A DNA stretch of 60,995 nt from a virus (Duplodnaviria; Caudoviricetes): positions 1 through 60,995 of IMG/VR virus record IMGVR_UViG_3300025891_000004; one strand, 5' to 3'. A program made the position numbers and the translations under genes. Under the pieces are notes generated by a model. The model was given only the letters and a program-made list of their open reading frames with translations. It searched no databases and was not told the DNA's origin. This document shows, in pieces, positions 45,961 through 55,690 of this stretch; the stretch's first letter is position 1; every line of letters begins with the position of its first letter.

Positions 45961-48900
45961 TAGTTGCTACCTCGCTTCACGGAGCCGGAGTTGGTACGGT
46001 TGACCGCGCTTGTGAGTTCACGTCCGTCTAGAGTAACCATAACATAGAGCGCGTCTGCAATCTGCTGAACCTGTGTTGGCAGAATCTCAACCAGTTGAAT
46101 TCCATTAGTCGTTGGCACAGAACCGCCACCGTAGTAGTTATTGCTCGTAGAATGGTACGTGGTTGCTCCAATGTTGTTCAGCGCGTTGGAATAAGGAAGA
46201 CCGGTGCTCTGGTTGACATCTTCCTTGGGGATGACATACTCACCACCGTGCACGATGCCCTTCGGCTGATACTTTCCACCACGTCCGGTGAAGCCACCGG
46301 CCCAGTAGTTGCCACTATTAAATACTGCGGTAAGTGTTCTAATCTGTGACTCCATAGCCGACTTAGCGTTATAGTTAGAAGTCGCCAACATCAACGCCGT
46401 GATGCGATCAATACTGGCGAGAAGTTCATAGCCGCGAGCAGCCTTTCGCATCTTTGCATCATCAATAGCCGGTGTCATATTGGTGCTACCCAGGGCGCTA
46501 GCCGCCTCTTGCGCCGTACGCAAGTGAGCAGTGTACTCATCAATGGCACGGATTGCGGGGTTGGTGTTAGCACTGATCGTCAGGTTCCGAGGAACCCGAC
46601 TAATTGCATATGTCAGGTCATCGAACGACTGCGCATACCGCTGAACCTCTGCCTCGTTATAGCCCAATTGGCGCAACTGGTCCATGAACCGTTGCTTCAG
46701 TTCTGCTGTCTTCTGTGCAAGAGCGGCCTGAGACAACCCGGTGTTGGCTAGGGCAGTAATCTGATCTTGGTACGCGGACAGAAGATCGAGTACCTGTGAC
46801 CGTTGCTCACGTGATGCGTCGGTTCCGCCACTAAGAGACTTACTCGCGGCATCCTGAGCCTTGCTCAAATCCTTCTGCGAGTCAGTACGGTCGTCTTGCT
46901 CTTTGGTCAGGTCCGCGTTGTTTGCAGCCATCTCAGCGATGATCTCGTTGGCCCGTAGAACATCACCATATTCCCTAGCAACGGTCAACTGGTATTCGAG
47001 TGTCGTGTTGGCCGCAGTCAGACCACGAATTTTCGCGTCGGCCTCAGCGATGCTTTGTGCAGCATCACGAACCGCCTGAGCCGCATCGTCAGAGTAGTCG
47101 ATCAGTCCTTGATACGAGTCGGCTACGCTATCAAGTGACTGATCTAGACCAAAGCGGATATCGAAGGCATCCGAGAAGACACCAGACAAGTCCTTGATGT
47201 AATCGGTGAGCGTACGGATTTCCTTGGCCGTGGACTTTGCTGCCTTCGTTGCCTTCTTAGCACCACCTGCAAATCCTTGACCTAGACCAACACCCGCCGT
47301 CTGTGCGGCTAGACCCACTCCAAGGAGTCCACCAGTACCCTTGCCACCTGTGATCTGCGCAAGGAAACTCTGCACAAAGGACAGTTCGTTAACCGCGCCA
47401 TATCCCATAGCCGTCATCTGCTGCATGAGTCCGGCTACCATCGTGGCTAGGCGTACGTTGTCTCCGCCTGCTGCGGTAACCATAGCCGACAGCGTGCTTT
47501 GCAACGCGGCAAGGTTCGCCTGTCCACCAGCGCTGTATTCGCTGAAGGTATTGCCGTTTTCATATAGCGACGCACCCAGGCTGCTAAGTGCAGACTGCAC
47601 ACTAACAGTGTTTCCCGTCAGTTCGTATTCAGTGGTTAGTAGGTCTTTAAGCGCGTTATCAAAGCCCTCAGCCGCGTCAGTGCCGTCATCCAGACCGGCA
47701 CCAGCATCGCCCATAAGACCGCTGAAAATATCGTTGGAAGCGATAGCCGTGGCTATCTCCCCCGCCATGCCCAGAGCGGCATCCTTAAGGTCTGTAAAAC
47801 CTACAATCGTCTTTTGTATTGTATCTAACCGAGCATCAGAGGCCCGTTCCGCGCTTCCGTCGTTCATCAAGATAGCCGCGTCGTGAGCCTGCCCCTCAGC
47901 GACAGCCATCTCATTATACTTAGCAATAAGTTCATCGAGATAAGTAACAGCGCCTTGTGGGTCAGCAACAGTCATATCCATGAATGTTTGCAAATCAAGA
48001 CCGGCAGACTCAATTGCGTCGCCATTCGCAAGCCATGCGGCTTGAAAGTCTGGGCTGTTAGCAAGGGCTGCTGCTAGTACCGCTCGTGCGGCGTCACCAA
48101 TAGCAGCAGTTTGCTCAACGATTTTATCTGTCGTGTCAGAAGTGTTTTCATTTAACGTAATTTGTGCGTCAGAAGCCGTTGCGAGTGCTTCTCCAAATGG
48201 ATTTAGTGTCGCTGTTGCTTCGCCTGTCCCACTTACAAACGTTGTAAATCCAGCGGCAGATTCGTCGAACGTTTTCCCGAGCCGCTCGGCATCCGCAACA
48301 GCAGTATCGTAAGCCGCCGTATCTTCCTTGATTGCTTCACTTAGACCTGAAATGTCACCGAAGTAGGCGTTGGCCTTTGCATCCGCCGATTGGAACGTTG
48401 TACTAAGTTTTTCAACGGCCCAAGCGATACCTAGGATCGCAGCACCGATGCCCGTTGAGATCATCACGGACTTCATGGTGGCACCGAGCGTCCGTGTAGC
48501 GACAGTCGCTGTCTCAGTCGCACTAGTTTGCCACGTAAGACCCGTCGTTACGGCCGCAGTAGAAGCAGCCGCGCCCGCGTTACCACGAGCCATGTTAACC
48601 ATCGTTACAGCAAGTTCCTTTACCACTGCACTCGAACGCGCGGCAGCACCAGTAAGGCTATCCTGTGCTGTCTTCATTGCCATAAGCGAGGCTCCGGCAA
48701 GAGCCGATGTGCCCTTTATGAGAGCGACGACACCAACGAATACAGCAGCACCCGCCGCAGCGCCTAGGAAGAATTTACCGATGGGATTACGGGAAAACGC
48801 CAAAAGTGCAGAGGCAAGTTGCTGAACAACATCGAGCATCATTGTCAGAGGACCGAAACCGCCCTCACCTACCGTTGCAATAACACCCTTGAGCGTGTTA

Positions 48901-50105
48901 CCCAGGTCTGTCAACTTGGCTGAGATCGTCTCAGCAATAATAGCGAACTGTGAACCTAGTTCGGTTGCGTCTGAATAACCGGTAGCCGCATCAGCGAACG
49001 CTTGCTGCACAACGTCGCCTGCGCCCGCAAGACGCATAAGCAACGGAACGTCACGAACAGATGTGATTCCCAACTCGTTCAGTGTGGCAATTGCATTACC
49101 ACCTTCAGCATCGAGACCACTAAGGAACTGCTGGAAGACAGCAGCGAAGTTTTCCGTCCCCCATGCCTGTGCAAACTCTGACGCGCTGACTCCTGAAATG
49201 GCTGCAAAGTTCTGTAGTTTATCTCCACCTTCTGCTACCGCTTTAGACATTAGGGTGAAGGTACGAGTAACCGTGCCTCGGGAGAGTTCGGCCTTACCCC
49301 CGACTGATGCAAGAGCACCTGATAGGCCGACAACCTGATCCGCAGTCATACCGGCGAAGTCGCCCATCGAAGAAATCTGCGTGGCGATATTGACAATCTC
49401 GGTTTCAGTAGCAACCGAGTTGATACCAACCTTGAGGATGGACGAACCTAGGTTCTCAAACTCACTGCTCGGTGTGCCAAGTAATGCCTGGAATCTGCCC
49501 AGCGCAGTACCGGCTGCCTCTGAACTCAGGTTTGTGGTAGCGGTCAGTCGTGCGACAACCGAAGTGAAGTCGTCAATACCACCAGACGCAATACCCAACT
49601 GACCACCGAGTGCAGCAATACCAGAGATATCCTTGAACGACGTGGGGATGACCGTCGTGAGATCAACAAGTTTGGTCTTGAGTTGACCAATTGCGTCGCC
49701 TGTGACGCCGGTCGTACGCTGCACGGCCGCGAAATCTCGCTGATAGTCGATAGCGAGTTTTGCGGAGATCGCCGCAGTACCAAGAATGGCCGTTGAAACG
49801 GCGAGGAAAGTTCGTGATACGTCATACAGCGCATAGCGCTGAGAGATCAGGTTGTTGGTGCTGCCTTTAGTAGCGATAGCAGCACGATTTTGAGCAAGAG
49901 CGGCTTGGTTTGTGGCTCCCGTCAGGCTGGTGATAGCCCGAGTCCCTTGTGCATGACTTTTCTCAAGTTGGTTCTGCTGCTTAGCAGTGATAAGTCCCGC
50001 TGCGCCCAACTTCTGCGTTACGTCCGATGCCTGCTTTATGCCCGCGACGTATCGACCTACGTCTGCTTCTAACGTGGCCTTAGCATTAAAAGTTTCGCCG
50101 GGCAT
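45960..50105 (-). CDS. Tape measure protein
   Basis: 1381 aa, Ala/Gly-rich helical; TP901-type core (V.RTT...IAALGGQLG); C-terminal GGFTG.GGKY.P.G.VHGGEYV motif. Confidence 0.93.
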   Translation of the reverse strand: MPGETFNAKATLEADVGRYVAGIKQASDVTQKLGAAGLITAKQQNQLEKSHAQGTRAITSLTGATNQAALAQNRAAIATKGSTNNLISQRYALYDVSRTFLAVSTAILGTAAISAKLAIDYQRDFAAVQRTTGVTGDAIGQLKTKLVDLTTVIPTSFKDISGIAALGGQLGIASGGIDDFTSVVARLTATTNLSSEAAGTALGRFQALLGTPSSEFENLGSSILKVGINSVATETEIVNIATQISSMGDFAGMTADQVVGLSGALASVGGKAELSRGTVTRTFTLMSKAVAEGGDKLQNFAAISGVSASEFAQAWGTENFAAVFQQFLSGLDAEGGNAIATLNELGITSVRDVPLLMRLAGAGDVVQQAFADAATGYSDATELGSQFAIIAETISAKLTDLGNTLKGVIATVGEGGFGPLTMMLDVVQQLASALLAFSRNPIGKFFLGAAAGAAVFVGVVALIKGTSALAGASLMAMKTAQDSLTGAAARSSAVVKELAVTMVNMARGNAGAAASTAAVTTGLTWQTSATETATVATRTLGATMKSVMISTGIGAAILGIAWAVEKLSTTFQSADAKANAYFGDISGLSEAIKEDTAAYDTAVADAERLGKTFDESAAGFTTFVSGTGEATATLNPFGEALATASDAQITLNENTSDTTDKIVEQTAAIGDAARAVLAAALANSPDFQAAWLANGDAIESAGLDLQTFMDMTVADPQGAVTYLDELIAKYNEMAVAEGQAHDAAILMNDGSAERASDARLDTIQKTIVGFTDLKDAALGMAGEIATAIASNDIFSGLMGDAGAGLDDGTDAAEGFDNALKDLLTTEYELTGNTVSVQSALSSLGASLYENGNTFSEYSAGGQANLAALQSTLSAMVTAAGGDNVRLATMVAGLMQQMTAMGYGAVNELSFVQSFLAQITGGKGTGGLLGVGLAAQTAGVGLGQGFAGGAKKATKAAKSTAKEIRTLTDYIKDLSGVFSDAFDIRFGLDQSLDSVADSYQGLIDYSDDAAQAVRDAAQSIAEADAKIRGLTAANTTLEYQLTVAREYGDVLRANEIIAEMAANNADLTKEQDDRTDSQKDLSKAQDAASKSLSGGTDASREQRSQVLDLLSAYQDQITALANTGLSQAALAQKTAELKQRFMDQLRQLGYNEAEVQRYAQSFDDLTYAISRVPRNLTISANTNPAIRAIDEYTAHLRTAQEAASALGSTNMTPAIDDAKMRKAARGYELLASIDRITALMLATSNYNAKSAMESQIRTLTAVFNSGNYWAGGFTGRGGKYQPKGIVHGGEYVIPKEDVNQSTGLPYSNALNNIGATTYHSTSNNYYGGGSVPTTNGIQLVEILPTQVQQIADALYVMVTLDGRELTSAVNRTNSGSVKRGSN

Positions 50106-50145
50106 CTATTGTTTGCTCCTAGTTTCGTATACTGCCTCCATTATA

Positions 50146-50604
50146 CTAGACCGAGGCGTAAGTCAGTAGTTCTTTGAAGTAGTCTTCTCTCGTTGGCAGA
50201 GTGCCATTTTCGATTGTTGGAGGAACGGAAGGAACGGTGTACCAGAAGACCCCTGCATCCTTGAGTTCCTTGCGCGCCTTGTTGCGCGCTTCCTTCTCCT
50301 TGATGCGAGAAACCTCTGCCGTTTTCAGTGCTCGTTCGGCATAGCACGTATCGCTCTTCACCTTGAAATTGACGCTCGTGCTCGTGCTTCTGCACAACCA
50401 CACAGGGTGCCCACAGCGCGGGCAGATTTCGTCCTGTAGCCGTTGGTATGCTTCAAGCAACATGAAGTCGAACGGCGTCCACGCATCCGTGGGTTGCTCA
50501 TAGAAGAGCATCGCGCATGGACGGATGTGTGCAGTGATCGCGGCTTTAATACGAGGGATCAGGTACTGGTGCTCGCGGGAAGCCAGAACCTCGACTAAAA
50601 ATCC
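50146..50604 (-). CDS. Tail assembly chaperone, -1 frameshift extension
   Basis: The -1 frame is open from G-GAT-TTT-TAG (50598-50604) through LVEVLASREHQYLIPRIKAA into MLFYEQP; CPRCG...CR...TCY Zn motif. Confidence 0.75.
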   Translation of the reverse strand, partial: GFLVEVLASREHQYLIPRIKAAITAHIRPCAMLFYEQPTDAWTPFDFMLLEAYQRLQDEICPRCGHPVWLCRSTSTSVNFKVKSDTCYAERALKTAEVSRIKEKEARNKARKELKDAGVFWYTVPSVPPTIENGTLPTREDYFKELLTYASV

Positions 50605-51119
50605 GCGTTGACTGCCTCATCAAACTGCCAAGACTTGAAAGACAACTCCAGCATCAGGTCTTGAATCTTAACGGATTCCTCGTCCGGCAGAATGCCACGA
50701 AGAGCGACTACATCATCATACGTCCAACGGTGCTCGTCAACGGCACCCTCAACGTTGGTAGCCCTGATGATGCTCTCGTTGATGAATCGGTTGAGCCGCC
50801 AGACCAGAGGATCGCCTTCATCGAGATTTACGTCTTCCCCAAACTTGGCTCGTGCTTCGTCGTTGATGCTCTCGCGTACACCCGGCGAGAAGCCGCGCAA
50901 GTGGAAAGTCATTGCACTTGCCTTGATCTTCTCTCGTAGTTCTGCGATCTCCGGCTCAACGGCATTGGCCTCTTCGCCTGTCTCAGCATCGTTGACAGTA
51001 GTATCCAGTTCGTTCAACAGGTACAGCGAAGCAACGTCAGTGTAAACAGTCACTTCATCGGTCGGGTAGGACCGGCCCTTTGCGGCGTCCAGTACGCTGA
51101 AAGTCTTGATGTCAGGCAT
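50595..51119 (-). CDS. Tail assembly chaperone
   Basis: Between the tail tube and tape measure genes; ends at the slippery sequence GGATTTT. Confidence 0.78.
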   Translation of the reverse strand: MPDIKTFSVLDAAKGRSYPTDEVTVYTDVASLYLLNELDTTVNDAETGEEANAVEPEIAELREKIKASAMTFHLRGFSPGVRESINDEARAKFGEDVNLDEGDPLVWRLNRFINESIIRATNVEGAVDEHRWTYDDVVALRGILPDEESVKIQDLMLELSFKSWQFDEAVNADF

Positions 51120-51167
51120 TTTTCTCCTCTTGTAAGTGATCTATCGAGTTTATCACATTAGACATGC

Positions 51168-51203
51168 AAAAGGAGGAGCAGCCGATGATGGCCGCTCCTC
51201 CTT
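51168..51203 (-). terminator. Intrinsic terminator after the major tail gene
   Basis: AAGGAGGAGC.GCC / GGC.GCTCCTCCTT stem with U-tract on the minus strand. Confidence 0.75.
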
Positions 51204-51213
51204 AAGCGTACTG

Positions 51214-51999
51214 TCAGGCGACTGTTACTACACAGGCGATAGTCGCGCCAGTAGCCGCAGCGTGGGTAGCCGTGATGTTCACAGTACCTGCGCTCACAGT
51301 CGTCACAACGCCGTTCTGAGACACGGAAGCGATGGCATCGTTACTAGATGACCAGTCTACCGCTTGCGTGGCTCTCTTGCCCCCCAGAGTGGCTCTCACG
51401 ACCCCGGTAACACCAACGGTTAGCGGTAGAGCCACAGTTCCCAGTTCAAGCGGGAGCAACGTGACAGGCGTTGCGTTCAGGACCTGAGTGTTGACGTAGA
51501 CTTCGCCTTGGGGAAGGAAGGCCACGTTGAACTTGACTGAATCCTCGCCCTCGGTGTCGTCGATAAAGGTTGAAGCGATGAACTTCATCGCGTCCGTCCA
51601 CTCACCTGCCGCTAAGTCCCCGGCAACGCCGGTAACGCCCTGTAGTGCCCGAACCAGAATATAGCCGGGTACGCGAGGGGTCTTGAATGCCTGGAACACC
51701 TTACCGAAGTCTGATGTGACATCGAGAACGTTGGACGGACGGAAGAAGGACAGGTCTCCGGCGAACTGAGCGAAACCACGAGACGTGGCATTACCCTTGT
51801 CCATGATGGAACGGTCGTCTACATCGTTTGACTCGGTAGCACCGGGGAACGTTGAAGACTCCCAGGAGATCGCGTTTGAGATGTTCAGACCAGCCGCAAT
51901 AACCTCAGAGGCAATTGGGGCCTCAGGGGTGGTAAGCGAAGTCTCGGGAATCCACCAATACTGAACGTTCCCGTTGCTTGTGACCTTAGTGTCAGCCAT
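51214..51999 (-). CDS. Major tail (tube) protein paralogue 2 with C-terminal Ig-like (Big_2) domain
   Basis: VDWSSSNDAIASVSQNGVVTTVSAGTVNITAT Ig motif; N-terminal P.AP.A.E tail-tube pattern. Confidence 0.8.
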   Translation of the reverse strand: MADTKVTSNGNVQYWWIPETSLTTPEAPIASEVIAAGLNISNAISWESSTFPGATESNDVDDRSIMDKGNATSRGFAQFAGDLSFFRPSNVLDVTSDFGKVFQAFKTPRVPGYILVRALQGVTGVAGDLAAGEWTDAMKFIASTFIDDTEGEDSVKFNVAFLPQGEVYVNTQVLNATPVTLLPLELGTVALPLTVGVTGVVRATLGGKRATQAVDWSSSNDAIASVSQNGVVTTVSAGTVNITATHAAATGATIACVVTVA

Positions 52000-52544
52000 C
52001 AGGAAGTCACCGCCTTGTTAATGTTGATTTCGCCAGTGTTCTTGAATCGGGCACCGTGCTTGAGTAGGCTGTTGTCTTCAACCAAGTTGATCGGGTTGTC
52101 AGTGACAACACCGAACATCGAGATGACATCACTGCCGTCTGTCAGGAACGTTGCGCCCTGCGCCTTACCAATTCGCTTGATGGCCCAGAAGGGGCGATCA
52201 GGAGTAAGAGTGAGGTCGCGTCCCAAGTTGAATACGCCACTAGCCGTAACAGACGAGTCGCGGAGGAAGTCGAGTGACACCTCGTAGTTGTCGAATGTCG
52301 GGGTAGAGACCTGACCGATATCACACACGGTCATCGTGTCGTCGGTCTCAGGATCAGACATGTTCATTGTGTAGTCGTCTAGCGTTGCACAGGACACGTC
52401 GTGAACCATTGCGGTTTCGTTGGACGTATATACGAACACGTCATTCAGTTCAGCAGCAGTCGGGGCCGTGGGGTCAGCGAATGCCTCCGGGTATGCAAGA
52501 AGAATAGTTACATTCCCTCGCAGTAGTTTTTCGTTACCGGCCAT
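51999..52544 (-). CDS. Major tail (tube) protein paralogue 1
   Basis: ADPTAPTAAELN...DVSCA...KRIGK actinophage tail-tube pattern. Confidence 0.78.
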   Translation of the reverse strand: MAGNEKLLRGNVTILLAYPEAFADPTAPTAAELNDVFVYTSNETAMVHDVSCATLDDYTMNMSDPETDDTMTVCDIGQVSTPTFDNYEVSLDFLRDSSVTASGVFNLGRDLTLTPDRPFWAIKRIGKAQGATFLTDGSDVISMFGVVTDNPINLVEDNSLLKHGARFKNTGEININKAVTS

Positions 52545-52770
52545 TATGAGTTTTCCTTCGTGTAGTCGTTGTAGGAATAACAGGTTCGATCTCGTCGTCC
52601 AGTTCGTCCTGCTCTGGCTCTACGTCGGGTTCCGGGTCTTCGTGTAAACAGTTGACACAGGGGATATCGTCGGGATCAACCTCGACTAAGAAAGGATATG
52701 CCGCGTAGTGCGCGGGATAATCCCCTGTCTTTCCTGTGCTTAGGTCCATGAACGTCTTGAAATCTGCCAT
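52534..52770 (-). CDS. Small acidic hypothetical protein in the tail operon
   Basis: Leaderless TAGAAT-N6-ATG; overlaps the tail tube start. Confidence 0.6.
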   Translation of the reverse strand: MADFKTFMDLSTGKTGDYPAHYAAYPFLVEVDPDDIPCVNCLHEDPEPDVEPEQDELDDEIEPVIPTTTTRRKTHNGR

Positions 52771-52789
52771 GTGTCTATTCTATCCCATC

Positions 52790-53203
52790 TCAAGCGTTGT
52801 ATGAAAGATTAGTAAGCCACGACATACCAACCTCCCTATAGTATATCGTAGGTTTGACGGTTGTTGCGGCTTTTGAGTATCCGTAGCCACCTTCCAGCAC
52901 CATCTCCCCACAATCGGTGGGCCGATAGCCCACCATCGACACGCGAATCTTATTCTTGATATCTCTTGCCGCTGCGTCGGTAGGTGCCTGCACCTGGATG
53001 ACGGCAAACCCACGTTGCGTGTCGTTACGGGTTGAGACGATTCCTCGGTCTGTGCCAGTACGAACAGGATCACCGAAGTAGATGACAACCAGAGGGTAGA
53101 CCGGAGCAACGCTGTCGGGAACCTCCGTGACATATACGCGGGACAGAACGGCGGAGAGCCGCGCAACGATGGCGGCTTCTGCCTGCGTAGTATCGAGAGA
53201 CAT
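52790..53203 (-). CDS. Tail terminator
   Basis: Size and synteny; YPLVVIY pattern. Confidence 0.65.
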   Translation of the reverse strand: MSLDTTQAEAAIVARLSAVLSRVYVTEVPDSVAPVYPLVVIYFGDPVRTGTDRGIVSTRNDTQRGFAVIQVQAPTDAAARDIKNKIRVSMVGYRPTDCGEMVLEGGYGYSKAATTVKPTIYYREVGMSWLTNLSYNA

Positions 53204-53589
53204 TACTTCATCAACGCCTTAAGACGGGAGAACCACGATTCGCGTTCCTCAATAAACGATTCTAGCAGTGCGTGCATTGGCGGGACATCTTCTCCCGACC
53301 AAACGTTGTTGAAACCTTGCTCTTGGTAGATGAAGTATGGCTGAACCTTTTCGTCTCCCCAGCCAAACCATCCACTCATAGTCTTCCCATGCTTTTCTAC
53401 TGGACCCGAGCCCACCCCTTCTTTCATCGCACCCGTATCCCGACGATCAATCTTGTCGTACATGATTGTAGCGCCTTCTTCTACCGCCTCCTGTGTTATC
53501 GCCTCGACGGCCTGTTCTAACTCTTCGGGAACGCTGTGTAGATGCGTGATTAACTTGTTAAGGTCACTATTCCAGCGTATCGCGGCCAT
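53203..53589 (-). CDS. Neck / tail-completion protein (HK97 gp10-like)
   Basis: DTGAM...YFIYQEQGF...PMHAL pattern; synteny. Confidence 0.65.
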   Translation of the reverse strand: MAAIRWNSDLNKLITHLHSVPEELEQAVEAITQEAVEEGATIMYDKIDRRDTGAMKEGVGSGPVEKHGKTMSGWFGWGDEKVQPYFIYQEQGFNNVWSGEDVPPMHALLESFIEERESWFSRLKALMK

Positions 53590-54023
53590 CAGACTGCTAC
53601 CGTCTCTAGGTTGCTTGTGCAGTAGAGTGTTTTCTCAAGAGGGTTGGACGAGTCCAATACTTCACTCAAGACGAAACTATACGCAAGGAGTGAGGTATTA
53701 AGGGGGGAGGCAGTTACAGAAACGAGAAGAGCCGGTCGCAACTCCAAAGCAATCTGTGCAACGGGGATAGAAAACAGCGTTTTCTGCACAGACGTATCGT
53801 TACCGGGCACCTCGGCTCGGAAGGACGAACTGATTGGCTGGACACGGGCCTTACCGATGTACCAAGTCGTTGTTGTGGCGCTCCACGTATCCGTCACCGT
53901 GTTATACACAGGTTCACCTACGACTTCGTAGATGGCAATTTCAGCGACCATCGCGCGTTCAACTTGCTTAGCGTGACGCGCCTGCCACTCAAGACTGAAT
54001 AATGGGCGAGCGTGCAGCACCAT
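53589..54023 (-). CDS. Head-to-tail stopper (DUF6093-like)
   Basis: Y.GKARVQP motif; synteny. Confidence 0.65.
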   Translation of the reverse strand: MVLHARPLFSLEWQARHAKQVERAMVAEIAIYEVVGEPVYNTVTDTWSATTTTWYIGKARVQPISSSFRAEVPGNDTSVQKTLFSIPVAQIALELRPALLVSVTASPLNTSLLAYSFVLSEVLDSSNPLEKTLYCTSNLETVAV

Positions 54024-54352
54024 TACTGAACCCGCCCAGGGTATGCTCGCTGGTTGAATGTGTAGACCAATTGGTATGAGCCGTCTGCGGACAACGCTGA
54101 CTGCTCACGCAGGCGAACGACTCGGCGCATCATTGCTTCCATTGAGTCCTTGTCAGAGATAGTCAGATCATCCGTTCGGACTGTTCCGCCGTTCATCGCC
54201 ATGTCAGTGATGAGGATATCAAGAGCGTCTGCCGCTGCCAGATAAACGTCATCGCCAGTCAGTAGCAACAGTGCGTTGATCTGCTCATCCGAGAACTCGG
54301 GTGGTGTGCCCACGTCTGGAATCAGAATGCGGACATCTTCAAGCGTAGTCAT
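54023..54352 (-). CDS. Head-to-tail adaptor
   Basis: VRILIPD...FSDEQI.ALL...V.LAAADAL pattern. Confidence 0.75.
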   Translation of the reverse strand: MTTLEDVRILIPDVGTPPEFSDEQINALLLLTGDDVYLAAADALDILITDMAMNGGTVRTDDLTISDKDSMEAMMRRVVRLREQSALSADGSYQLVYTFNQRAYPGRVQ

Positions 54353-54492
54353 CGTTTCCCTCTTTCCGTTGGTCCTAGTTTAGCGCATAAAAGCGAGCCG
54401 GGAGCGAAAGGGAGGAATCGCTACAACCGGCTCGCTAGCGCAATGTGAAGGAGGAGGCAGTTCATCGTGCGCATACATATCATAACACAAAG

Positions 54493-54528
54493 GGATAGAC
54501 CCCGTACCAAGAGGTACGGGGTCTATCC
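54493..54528 (-). terminator. Terminator after the major capsid gene
   Basis: Perfect 16-bp stem GGATAGACCCCGTACC / GGTACGGGGTCTATCC. Confidence 0.8.
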
Positions 54529-54539
54529 ATCACTTCTTA

Positions 54540-55685
54540 TCAGGCGGAGGTGGAATTACTCCAAACCACGGCGAAGGGGCTCCACAACACAGAACCCGTA
54601 ACTAGACGGACTCTCCAGTCCGCGGTATCGGCGTCAAAACTTCCCTCGAACGGAGGAACAGTTGATCCACCGAGGTAGTTACCAGTCAGGTTGTTGACCC
54701 GTAGTTCGGCCTCTTCGTAACCGATGAGCCGTAGACGGTCCAGAACGGGCCGACGAGTCGTGCCTGGCTTCGGAACGAGATACCAGTCAGCGCCTGCGAC
54801 GTAAACGGACTCAATGACTGTGATATCAGCGAGGTCGTTACCACCAGAGACGTTGATCGTGAGGCTGCCATCCGCGATGGACTGAAGTGATAGGTTGTTG
54901 ATGAGGAACCGAGCCTGATCGCCATAACCAACGCCAACGATAAGGTTGAGTCCACCGGCAACTGCCCCACCATAGGTGGCCTTGACTGCGTTCTTCAACT
55001 GTACCTTGGCAACCGCAAGAGCAGCCCGCGAGAGCGGTGCGTTAGCGATTACAGCAGTACCGTCAAGAGCGTCGCCAGCAGCCAACTGCTGTGAAGCACC
55101 AACACCATCGATCAGCGTACGGAAGACATCGCGCTCGGGGGTGTTGAGCGCTAGTTCCCGGAATGCAGCAGGTAGTGCCTGCACAATGCCTAGGGTGTCA
55201 TTGATGATGGCTTCCCAGGTGATGCCGGTACGAAGACCAGTCTTGCGTGCGTTTGACCCGGAGATCAGTTCGCCAGCGAAGATTGCCTCAGGGTACGGGG
55301 TACCCTCAGGGATGTTCGGCAGGTAGTTGAGTGGCTCAGTAACTTCACCATCTCCAACTACACCAGCATTCCACTGCCGAGACAGGCTGTACAGGTAGTT
55401 ATCCCGGAAGTCCGAGACCCGGCGAGTACTGGCAATCTGGTCAGCAACGCGCTCGGTCTCGTCAAGTTCGGGTAGAACCTGAGCGTTGACCAAGTGAGCA
55501 AGGTTGAAAGCAAAGTCGCTTGTGGTGACTAGTGCTTCCTTGATCTTGCCCTCAGAGATGCGGTCGCCTAGCAACATCTTGGCGATGAGGTCTTCGGCTG
55601 CCCGCATCTTAGCAATGGTTACCCCACTACCAAACGGAAGCCGACCGTCTAGGGTATACGGGTTCTTGAATGTCTTAATTGACAT
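54540..55685 (-). CDS. Major capsid protein (HK97 fold, Mu gpT-like)
   Basis: 381 aa; TTSDF, V.DFR, IPEGTPYP, K.G....ITWEAIIND, WYL and FD.D motifs; strong downstream terminator. Confidence 0.85.
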   Translation of the reverse strand: MSIKTFKNPYTLDGRLPFGSGVTIAKMRAAEDLIAKMLLGDRISEGKIKEALVTTSDFAFNLAHLVNAQVLPELDETERVADQIASTRRVSDFRDNYLYSLSRQWNAGVVGDGEVTEPLNYLPNIPEGTPYPEAIFAGELISGSNARKTGLRTGITWEAIINDTLGIVQALPAAFRELALNTPERDVFRTLIDGVGASQQLAAGDALDGTAVIANAPLSRAALAVAKVQLKNAVKATYGGAVAGGLNLIVGVGYGDQARFLINNLSLQSIADGSLTINVSGGNDLADITVIESVYVAGADWYLVPKPGTTRRPVLDRLRLIGYEEAELRVNNLTGNYLGGSTVPPFEGSFDADTADWRVRLVTGSVLWSPFAVVWSNSTSA

Positions 55686-55690
55686 TATTA

